Assembly: GCA_027046965.1 (NCBI GenBank)
Contig: JALTWR010000002.1
Coordinates: forward strand, 9,537 to 73,536
Direction: 5' to 3'
From: Candidatus Altimarinota bacterium
GTDB lineage: Bacteria > Patescibacteriota > Gracilibacteria > Absconditabacterales > Absconditicoccaceae
Length of the DNA: 64,000 bases
Positions 48,350-61,551 of this stretch are shown in pieces (position 1 is the stretch's first letter; each line of letters begins with the position of its first letter). The notes below the pieces were generated by a model, which searched no databases, was not told the origin of the DNA, and saw only the letters and a program-made list of their open reading frames with translations. A program made the position numbers and the translations under genes.

Positions 48350-49738
48350 CTACCATTTAATAAATTGGCCTGGCATCACTCACATACAAACAAGAGGAAG
48401 ATTTTGACCACAAGTAGACCAACTTCAATCATAATAATATTGTAAATAAGAACCATCAGTTGCTTTAGTCCAATTTCAACAATTATAACTATAATTTTGA
48501 AATCAAACAACTCACTCTCCCCTTCTATTTTCTCAAGCTTTTCCAATCAATGAAGAATAATTCAAATTAGAGATACCCACATCACTTATAGCGGCCTTCC
48601 AATTAACATATATATGCTCAAACTTACTCCAACCTGGGTCAAAATAATAAATAGGAGCTTCAACTGGAAATTCAGCTCTGGCTATTCCGTCACCGTCAGG
48701 ATCAGCATCTAGATAATCTATGATTTCATCATCTTCGGTTACATTTACAACAGCATGAACATTGGTAACCTTTCATTGCAAATAGGCAGGAATTTGTGAT
48801 TGACATTTTGCATCTGCTCATGTTCTACCTCCCAAATTACCATTGTATCTATTTTTTGTTTTCCAAAATACTGTAATTTGAGAAGGAGCATTTGTTTTTT
48901 TGCATAGTTTACAGCCTAGAGTCCCTCCGTTGCTATAATAACTAGGAGTTATACCTTTTACACAGCCACCATTGGGTGAAAAGCTCGCACCATTTAAATT
49001 ATTATAATATTTATACCCACCTCTATAAACAAGTGTATATCCTATAGGACAATTTACTACTCATGGATCTGAATATTCGGGAGAATCTAGTGGATACCGA
49101 TACAAAGTTATAAACTCCCCTCAACCAGCTGTTGATCACATAGCCAATATATCTGTAGCATGGAAGCCATCTACCATATCAGAATTTAGATTTTGAGAAA
49201 GTCAGCTTGCAGATATCTGAGTATTACCCACAAAAACATCTCATCAGGTATAAGTTATCCCTCCTGTAGTTTCCTTCCAATATTTACTTCCAAGGTCCAA
49301 TCAACTTGCCAGCTTCTGGGCAGTAACACTTCCATCTGCCAATATATCTGTAGTTACAGCTCAAGTTACCAAATCATTGGTTGTGACAGTTTTATCCCTG
49401 AGAGCATCAACTGGAATATCTATCCTTCCACCTGGATTAATCCTTACAATAGTAGCTGTCAAAAAAGTGGTATTCATATCACGGGCTTCAATGCTACCAG
49501 GAGTTTCAATCTTGTTGCGAACCCATATACTTCCCTGCCTTCCATCCAATTGAACCCCAACTGTCCCTGATGGTAACCCATTGGTAGTCAAAACCATTTT
49601 TTGTATATAGGCCACTACATCCAAAATGTTTTTATCCACAGTCAAAGAAAATACCAACCCCATATTACCCAAAATCCCCATCAATATTACCACTGACAAT
49701 CCCAAAGTGGAGATTACATTTTTGAATCTGATTTTCAT
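48350..49738 (-). CDS. Secreted or anchored protein with a Cys-containing DUF1554-like C-terminal region (about 462 aa)
   Basis: Signal anchor MKIRFKNVISTLGLSVVILMGILG (ORF 49361..49741). The frame continues through many TGA to TAG at 48350-52. The motif ...GGRTGADAKCQSQIPAYLQG resembles DUF1554. Confidence 0.65.
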
Positions 49739-49784
49739 CACTAAAACAATTAAAAATTAAACTTTTCACAATTATTATAATCTC

Positions 49785-49813
49785 AAAAGGGCGGGGTGTC
49801 CACCCCGCCCTTT
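49785..49813 (-). terminator. Rho-independent terminator after lepB
   Basis: GGGCGGGGT-GTCC-ACCCCGCCC forms a 9-bp GC stem. It is flanked by an A-run and a T-run, so a U-tract follows on the minus strand. Confidence 0.65.
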
Positions 49814-49855
49814 AAGCTCAGCTATTTTCAGGTTGACAACATTAAAAAAAACATC

Positions 49856-50479
49856 CTAATATGCAACAATTTTGCCTATTATTTGTTTTTGATCAACTAA
49901 TCAGAATTTTCTTGAATCTTTACTATCAGCTTTATTATCTCATAACAAAAGATACATACCATCAGGAATTTTACCCCCAAAATTTCTTAACTGTATTTGC
50001 AAAAGTTTAATATCACTAGGCATATAAAGATATCCTCAAGGATAGATATATTTTGAGTTTTCTGGCTTACCATTGATAAAAAGCTTTCAACCACTAAAAG
50101 TTATAGTATCCCCTGGAATTCAAACAACCCTCTTGATTAAGGGAGTATCTATGGTTTTGAATTTAACCACCACTATATCATATCTTTTTATCGGTTTTTC
50201 ATCTTCAAATATTACACCTGTAACTATATCTCAAGGTTTCATCAAAGGATACATAGACATACCATTGATAACAAAACGCTTGAGCTCCCCTTTAACAACC
50301 TCATCCTCTGAAGGCTGCATTTTTTCCTCTTGCTGTCAGCTCAAAACCTTCTCAACTGATAAATCAGAGCTTTGAGAAGGTTTAGCCATATAACCTTGCC
50401 TATAAAAAACAAAACCTACCAAGACACCAACAAATACCACAAAAAACACTGTCCAAGTTCATAAAGTTAACTTTTTCAT
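49856..50479 (-). CDS. lepB: Signal peptidase I (207 aa)
   Basis: Code-25 translation shows a TM segment, then INGMSMYPLMKPGD (catalytic Ser box), LIKRVVGIPGD and LLLGDNKADSKDSR. Confidence 0.85.
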
Positions 50480-50525
50480 TGCACAAAGTTGAAAATCTAA
50501 CAAACCAAATATAAATTATTTTGCT

Positions 50526-53500
50526 TTACTTTCAAGTCTGGGATGGAGAAGAAGTCGAAGCTTGAGAAATTATCTCTTTAATTTCAGGTGTAGTCGTTTC
50601 ATCATCCAAGATTCAAATTCTAGCAGCTATCTCGGCTTCTACAAACTCTCTTTTTCTACCATATTTTTTGGCACTATATTCCTTTAGGATTGGTGGCACT
50701 TTGGGGTTTTTGTAATCTGTAGACCAAATAGTATCCAGAGAAAATACCCTTGAAGTGGTATTGTCCACATTTAGCTTGATATAAGCCTTGTAATTTGAAA
50801 TCCCTATAATATCAGCAGGTGAAAGCACCGGAGCATATTCTTTTTCTAATACTTCCGCATCCGGAGCACCTACTTTAAAAGACATCATTGTTCCCACATT
50901 ACCAAATACTGCATCTTTTACTGAAGATCTTTTGTTTTCTCATATGTTATACCCTGCACTCGATTCAAGCTGAGCAATATATTGATGGGCCATTATCAGA
51001 GCAAGTTTGTATTTTCTAGCTTCAGATAAGATATCAGCAAAAGTATCAGTAACAAAGTTTTGGAACTCATCAACATAAAGATAAAAATCACGTCTTTGAT
51101 CTTCAGGAATATTTGCTCTAGACATAGCAGCATTGTAAATTTGAGTCACAAGTATCATACCAAGCAATTGAGCATTTAACTCTCCAATCTTTCATTTTGA
51201 CAGATTAACAAGCAAAATTTTGCCTTCATCCATAACCTCTCTAAACCTAAATGCGGATTTAGTTTGGCCAATAATATTTCTAATTAACCTATTGGTGATA
51301 AATGATACAAATTTAGAAGTAAAATAAGGTATTATCTCTTCCTTTTCCCTATCTCCCATAGCTGCATAGGTTCTCTCCCAAAAGTTCCTGACTACAGGAT
51401 TTTTTACTTTCCTCACCTTGTATTCCCTAAAAATCTCATCAGTGAAAAGTCTAGGGACATCAATCAAGGTAGCTCATTCCTCTAGATCTTCCAACAAAGT
51501 CAAAGAACCATACTTAAAATATTCCTGAATCCTAGGACCAAATATCTCAGGGCCAAACATTTTAAGGAATATGGCTGTAGCATCATTTACTACTCTATCT
51601 GCCTGAGATATATCATCAATTTCATAAAGGTTTAACCCCATTGGACGTTCATCATTGCCTGCATCAAAATAGATTATATCTCTGGCTCTATTTTTAGGAA
51701 CATAATTTAAGATATCCTCCACTAGATCCCCATGAGGATCTATCACAGCTAGTCCATTACCAGACCAAATATCCTGCCTGGCCAAAAAGGAAATAAAAGC
51801 CGACTTACCAGTACCAGATTTTCAGATAATGTAATGATGCCTGGTCCTGTCTTTCTTTTTAAAATATATAGGAGTAAATCTGTTTCTATAGACATTTATA
51901 CCTAGCAGGAGACCATCATTAAATGTTTTCAATGCCTTGACCCTACGTTTACCTCAATCTTGTGTTTTTAGGTCTTTTTCTCCAACCGCCCGATGCTTGC
52001 TTTTTTCAAAAATCTTATGAATAATACCATCTTTGTAAGCCTCTGCTATCTTACCATCTATTAGATATTTTGGATTCTCATCCTTAAGAACTGGCACCTT
52101 ATCAGGTGGAGGTAATTGCTTGTAATCCATCCATCTGATTATAGGAGAACGGTTATATACCGCATCAGGAAAATGAAATAAAGAAGTTAATTCGTTAACT
52201 GTAAAAATATTCCTTTTGAAAAAGAACCATACCAAGTGAAATCTAGCTGCCATTTTCCACAAAGGTTTAAAAAAGAATCCAAACATATCAGCTGCCCATT
52301 CTGGTTGATCCAATTCATTGTTGTATTCGTCTTTAAACACGGTGAATGCAGAAAGCACATTACGAATATTTTCCTGAGGTCTTTCTTTAGCTGGAGATGA
52401 GGAAATCAAAAGTAACCCAGTATTAAAAGCTGGCTTTCAAGCCTCTTCAGCTATTACATTAAGAGCATCTTCTTCTGCTTTGGGCATACGGATAAATGGA
52501 TCACCTTGATGAGCTCCAGGATGAAATCTTTTGATAAGTTCTTCAGATGGCCCCATCACTAAATAATCCAATATATACTTGGGAAAAAATAATATCTTTT
52601 TTCGCAATGGCCGTCTTTTGAGAGCTCTTTTATCTTTTTTGTACAAAGCTTCTGCAAATTTTTTGGCACGAGCATTAAACCTATCTCCTTGAGGTTTTGT
52701 AATTAACATCATAGAAAATGTATCTTCTCTTCTCACCTTCCCAATACTATCTAAAATATTGTTCAAAGGGTCGTCCTCCAATTGTTTAAAAACCCTTATT
52801 GGGAATACAGGATCTTTTACGGGTTGTAAAGGGATCACATCAGTATATTTGTGCTTGAATATTTTTGGTTTAGAAATAGTTTCAATGGAAGCATCTGGAT
52901 ATTGAGCTGCTATAGCTGCCTCTACAACTTTTTTATATTCTGGATAAGTAGCGACCACAAAATCTACTTTACCTTGATCATAATGAAGTAAAAAAGATAC
53001 CTTAGCTTTTTTAAAAAGTAAGTCCATCAATCAATCTATAACAGACCTTTCACCTAATTTGTGTAAAGCTCTATACACCTGTGACATACGAGCGATTTTT
53101 TCTTTCATATCTTTGGCTATATCTTTTTCTCTTTCACGGTCTTGTTTAGTATCACTTCTAGGTTGGATAATTCTTAAGTAAATTAATCTATGTTCATTGA
53201 ACACATCATATAAAAACCTAAACAAAAAACGAACAATCAAAAATATAAAAATAGCAAGCAGTGAAAGACCACCTATAGTCAAAAAGTTATGAAATCCTGC
53301 AGCAAGTTGTGCTCATATTGTCTCATAAAAAGACGGTTGAGATGTAGCTGCCTGATGAGTATATCCAGGTCTAACCATTTGTCCATATTGGGCAATAAGT
53401 TGGGTGGCTTTTGTCTCTCCTCCTATTAAATCAAGACATTGGGAATAGTTGTGCTGCCAGGCAGTAGTTAATATCTCTTTTGTATCCAAACTTTTAACCT

Positions 53501-53558
53501 GATCTCCCAGCCCTTGGATAGTTTGTTTCAATACCAACTTACAATCAGCCTTGTTCAT
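50526..53558 (-). CDS. VirD4/TraG-like type IV secretion coupling-type ATPase (FtsK/HerA superfamily, 1010 aa)
   Basis: Eight same-frame track ORFs (50613..53558) are joined only by TGA. One TM (LSLLAIFIFLIVRFLF). Walker A is HHYIIGKSGTGKSAF, followed by AVIDPHGDL. Walker B-like YLYVDEFQNF, then IMAHQYIAQL. Stop TAA at 50526-28. Confidence 0.8.
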
Positions 53559-53618
53559 CCAAAATAGATAATTTTAAATCTCTTAAATTATACTGCTGAT
53601 TGTAAGCTTTGTCAAAAA

Positions 53619-54059
53619 TTATTTATATTTCAAAGCCTGCTGCCTTGCATATTTATCAGCCAGCTCATTTAGTTTATCCCCTGAGTGTCATTTTATCCAA
53701 GAAATTTCAATATTTTTACTCTTCAAAGCCTTCTCTATTTTTTGCCACAATGGCCAGTAAGCCACTGGAGATCAATTAGCTTTTTTACCAAGTTTCTTTT
53801 TCCAGTTTGGAAGTCGCTTAGTTGCTCAATTTACAATATAGCTTGAATCACTATATATGTATGTTTTGGTGTCTTTAGGTGCTCTGTTAACTCATTGCCA
53901 TAGTGCAACAAGTTCCATTTCTGAGTTTGTAGCCTTGGACTTCCCACCACTAATAACTTCCAAAACTTGATCTCAATCTGAAACAACTACCGCCCATCAT
54001 CAAGGTCAAGGATTCCCCAAACTGGATCCATCAATATATATTTTAAGAGGCTTTTTCAT
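53619..54059 (-). CDS. rnhA: Ribonuclease HI (146 aa)
   Basis: IYIDGSSLGNPGPGGWAVV...TNSEMELVAL...IYSDSSYIVNG...WIKGHSGDKLNELADKYA contains the DEDD catalytic residues. Several Gly are TGA. Confidence 0.85.
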
Positions 54060-54849
54060 ATTTATAAGATAATCTATAAAGTACAACTCACAGTATTACA
54101 AATCATATCATAAATACCTGTGCCAAAGATAAATCTCCAAAAAATTTAGACTCATAATATTTCCAAAATTCCAAAAAAAATCTAACAATACCATAAAATA
54201 TCAAAAATAAAGCTGCTAGCATTCAAGGATAAGGGGCCGATTTGTATTTTTTAAAAAATGTCAAATACAATATTATCCCGACTATAACCCCTTCTCACAA
54301 TGCCTCTAAAAAATTAATGTTTACTCTTGGAGCAGCTCCCCATCCTGAATAAGTATAAGTTAAACCAAGATTCTCCAATATCTCTTTGGCTATACCAGAA
54401 ATATTTTTGAGAGGGATACCAACAATTTCTTGATTGAAAAAATTGCCTAATCTACCCAGAAAAATCCCAACAGGCACAATCAACACTATCAAATCCATTA
54501 ATACCAAAAATTCTATCAAAGAAAGTTTATTAAGCTTTACAAATAGCAAAACACCAAGTGGGGCTCCAATTGCTCCCCCAACAAAAGCCATTCCTCCTTG
54601 CCATATCTTGAACAAATCCATCCAATGTGCGATTAAATAATCTCGTCCTAAAGGAATAAAATATCAAACTCTACCTCCCACAAGCACTCAAATTAACACT
54701 AACAACCCTAAATCTTCCAATTTAGTTTTCAACGCTAACTGAAGACGAGGAAATTTATCCAAAAAAGAAGATTGGGAAATCCAATAAATAAACAGATATC
54801 CTAGCAAAAAAGTTATAAGATAAGACAATCAATAAAAAGTAATATGCAT
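54043..54849 (-). CDS. lgt: Prolipoprotein diacylglyceryl transferase (268 aa)
   Basis: ...GGRVGYF... and WQGGMAFVGGAIGA...GRLGNFFNQE (ORF 54295..54621). It overlaps the rnhA start by 17 nt. Confidence 0.85.
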
Positions 54850-54851
54850 TT

Positions 54852-55403
54852 TTATTGTCAGACAATTACTTTAGCAGGTTGTAATACCTTTTCTTCGCTA
54901 GTTCATTTTTTATAAATATATCACCTTTCATACTGCTTGATGACTTTACCCTTTTGTGATTTATCATCAACTTGTTCTACTCATATAGGCTCATGATAGA
55001 TATGATCCACTTGTTTACCTAATGCATCTTCAATATAGATATCCATTTTTTTTATCATATCCTCGAATTGCTTAATTAAAGTTTCTAATCCCTTACCCCA
55101 GTTACTGTTTTTGATATCCTGAGGCATCTGAACCATAGCTTTATGAAGATCTTCAATCATCTTAATCATCACTTTGGCTAGTTTGTCAAATCAATCCATA
55201 AAAGCTTCTTTTTCACGATTTTGCGCCCTTTGTCTAAAAAGAGCATATTCATCATAAAGCTGTCTATATTGAGCCTGAAGTTTCAAGAATTTATCTTCTT
55301 GCTCCCTAAGCTTTTTGTTACAATCTTCATTTTTACTCGTTCTTTTTGACTCACCGCTGGATAACCCACCTCCCTTTTTTGCTTCTTCCCCTTTAGCTGA
55401 CAT
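54852..55403 (-). CDS. grpE: Nucleotide exchange factor GrpE (183 aa)
   Basis: ORFs 54981..55172 and 55191..55403 are in frame. The coiled N-terminus reads KLREQEDKFLKLQAQYRQLYDEYALFRQR. The C-terminal beta domain reads ...HEPIGVEQ...KVIKQYERGYIYK...VLQPAKVIV. Confidence 0.8.
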
Positions 55404-55428
55404 AACAAAACTTTAAAATTGTAAAACA

Positions 55429-58299
<2,871 letters not shown>

Positions 58300-58369
58300 T
58301 TTTGAAACTTCAAAAAAGTTAAATACCTTTATAATTTAGCCAATTCTCTTTGGGATTCAATAAAAAAGT

Positions 58370-58396
58370 AAAAAGCCTCCTTCCGGAGGCCTTTTG
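58370..58396 (-). terminator. Rho-independent (bidirectional-looking) terminator
   Basis: GCCTCC-TTCC-GGAGGC hairpin flanked by an A-run and a T-run. It lies just downstream of the gene ending at 58419. Confidence 0.6.
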
Positions 58397-58418
58397 ATTG
58401 ATGTCGTATATCCAAATA

Positions 58419-59615
58419 TTAATTACTAAACAAGGAGTCTATCAAATCAGTCTGTAATCCGTCCAATTCCATCAATCTTTCTTGTATAACAAGCTTTAAT
58501 GCTTCCAATACACTAATATAAGTTTCTTTTTTAGTATCAGAATAGTTATCAGACTCCATTATCTTAGTCTCTAAAGCATCTATTTTTGCTACAAGATTTA
58601 CTAATCCATCTCTTGAATATTGGTTTATTCTATTTTGGTACTTATTTTTTATTAATCCTCTATATCTATTTACTTTGGTATTATTTACATATTTACCTCT
58701 TGCTGCCGTAGATCTTCCTTGAACCCCCCTTTGTGTGGCCATCTGAGACCATCTTTGCGCTTTCGCACCTGTTTGAGCTCCTTGATTGGCACAATTATTT
58801 TTGATATATGCTGATGTAGCTACCTCTGGCAACTCGATACCTTCACTTTCTAGTCTCTCTGCCAATTTATAAACCAAAGATCATTTTTGAGTTAGCTCAT
58901 CTTCACTAAGATAGTTATATACAACATCTGGAACATCATATCAGTTTTGCTCCAAAGCATTAGCAAATCCCCTCAAATGATTGTAAGATGCACCTCCAAT
59001 TCTAGTTAAGATAGCCCTAACATCCTCATTATCTGTTTTCAAAATATCATTATAGATAGCTTCAATATCATCTATTTCTGCTTGCACCCCTACATTAAGA
59101 GCACTTTCTAAACTCTCATCTATTTGGGATTTTAAATCATCTGCCACATCAGTATACCTTGCATAATCTGAAGGTGGGGTTAGTCCATATCTATCAAACA
59201 AAACCTGTAAGGCCTCTTGATGTTGAGTTTCAGAATCAGCAATGTTTTTGAATACATCCAACCCATATTTTTCATAAGCATACACATATAGATCGTGAGC
59301 CAACTTTTCTTCTCAATACTGATCTATCAATAATTGCTTCTCTTCATCAGTTAAATCAGATACTGGAATGTTCGCTATAATATCCTCTGGTGAATGAGAG
59401 TGACTAGCTCTTTGCTGCCCTCCTTGAGTAATACCATATTTTTCTCTTAATTGCTGAGCATACTCCATCCTCTCTTCAGGAGATAAAGATTGTAATTTTG
59501 CCCTTTCTTCAGCAGTTATGACTTGTCATAGTCCATTACCTTGACCATAAGCTAAAGTTGTTCCTCAAGCTAATACTGCCAAGATAGCACCAAGTATTAA
59601 TTTTTTGTTGTTCAT
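58419..59615 (-). CDS. Secreted ferritin-like DUF2202-type protein (398 aa)
   Basis: Signal peptide MNNKKLILGAILAVLAGGTTLAYG. Motifs EEKLAHDLYVYAYEKYGLDVFKNIADSETQHQEAL and ...SYNHLRGF (ORFs 58941..59303 and 58419..58877 are in frame). Confidence 0.65.
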
Positions 59616-59680
59616 TGCCTTTTTAGTTAGGATATAAATTTTAAGGCACTCAAAATATACTCATCAACCTTAAAAAAACC

Positions 59681-60826
59681 TTAAAATTTCAAGTAAATTT
59701 TAAATATGCCATCATCAAAAGAAATATCCATGGTCCAGCCTAATAATTCAACCGCTTTTTTAACAAGATAAAGCCCTATTCCCATTCAAGATTTGTTTCC
59801 TTCTTTGTAAAATTTTTGCGTAAGTTTGGAAATATTTTTTATTTTTTGTGACTTATTTTGGATAAGTATCCCATCTTTATCTACATAAATACTCGCTCCT
59901 CCTTTTGAATATTTTTTAATATTAGAAAAAAGATTAAACAATACTGTCTTTAATAAGTCTTCATTGGCAGGTATTTTAGGCTTGCCTTCACAATTTATGT
60001 TTACTTTTATTTGTTGCTTGGTTATCATAGATTTTATAAAATTGCAAATATCTATAGATTCTTTTCCAATTTTTAGATTTCACCTCTCCAATATCATAAG
60101 TCTACCAAACATATCAATAACACTTTTTATATGAAAAATCTCTTTTTTAAATTCTTCAAAATCCTCCTTATTTATTTTTCACTGAGCATACAATATTTCC
60201 AATGAGGACAGAAGGTTCATTAACGGAGTTTTGATCTCATGGGAAAGATATCTATTAAAAGAAGAAATAGCATCAAACTGATTATTTATAGATTGAAACA
60301 AAAAATAGAGCTCATCATCCTTTGATATCCCCAATTTGTTCATATCAATTAGTTGCCCATTTTTTAAAAATCTAATAGCCTCAAAAAGTTTACTATATAT
60401 GCTAGCCAAGAACCAACGCCCTAAAGGATATGATACTATTAAATAAAACAATACTATATAAAAGGATAGTTTAACCAATAAAAGATGAAGCTCAAAAAAA
60501 TCTGTAATATCAAACGCTATATTGTTGTCTATAAGGAAATATTTATCCGATGATTTATAAACCCCTTTTTTAATTTGTTGCATAGAATCTAGACAATACT
60601 TTTGTTCATACATTTCAAAACATTCTCCGTCGAGGAATTGCCAACTCCTATAAGGTCATCATTTACCCTTAAGATTTTGATAGGTGGTTTTTAATTTTTG
60701 CACCTTGCCATAATATTGAGACAGTCATAGCTGCCAAAAGCCATAATTGACAATAGTTAATCAAAGTGCCAAAATTAATAGTGAAAACAGTTGAAACTTA
60801 ATAATTACTTTGCTAGCTGTACTCAT
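59681..60826 (-). CDS. Sensor histidine kinase (381 aa)
   Basis: N-terminal TM segments. H-box is RYLSHEIKTPL. The HATPase_c region reads NLFSNIKKYS...GMGIGLYLVK (ORFs 60179..60613 and 59786..60028 in frame, then a TGA read-through). Confidence 0.8.
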
Positions 60827-60839
60827 TTTGTTGAAAGAT

Positions 60840-61508
60840 TTACTTTAGTAATATTTTATATCATACCCCCTTAATTGTTTCTATGGCTCATTCACCCAGT
60901 ATTTTTCTCAGGTTGGCCATATATACATCTAATTTTTGATCAGACTTCTGATCCCATATGGCATCTTCTCCCCATACATATTCAATTAAATCTGTCCTAT
61001 TGGCTATTTTCCCAGCTTGAGAAAGCATATATTTTAATATAGCTGATTGAGTCTTATTTAGAGAGAATGCTCAATGGTCACTAATAACCTTATTTTGTGT
61101 CAAATCCAAAGTTCTACCGTTGGCTAATACAATATTGTCCCTGACCCCATATCTGCTTAAAATAGCCTTAACTCTAGCTACCAACTCGGCCATTTCAAAC
61201 GGTTTCGTAATATAATCATCACCTCCACTATCAAATCATGAAAGTTTGTCTTCTAGCTCCCCTTTGGCAGTTAAAAAAATTATAGGTAAAAGTAAATCTC
61301 TTTTTTTTATCTGTCTTGCTAAATGATAACTTTCTCAATCAGGTAACATCACATCTAATATCACAAAATCATATTTATTTTTTTCCAATTTTTTTTCAGC
61401 TTCTTGTAATGTAGCAGCTGTATCTACTGTCCAATTTTCTGAAAATTGCAAAAATCTTTTAATATTAGTAGCTATTTTTTTATCATCTTCCACCAGCAGA
61501 ATTTTCAT
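60840..61508 (-). CDS. OmpR-family response regulator (222 aa)
   Basis: MKILLVEDDKKI...FVILDVMLPDG (receiver Asp) ...LTAKG...GGDDYITKPF. Winged-helix region: LSQAGKIANRTDLIEYVW...LDVYMANLRKIL. It is invisible in the track because TGA splits it into pieces shorter than 60 aa. Confidence 0.9.
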
Positions 61509-61551
61509 GGTTACACTTAGAATGATAGATTTGCAACTATTACCAGCTTAA

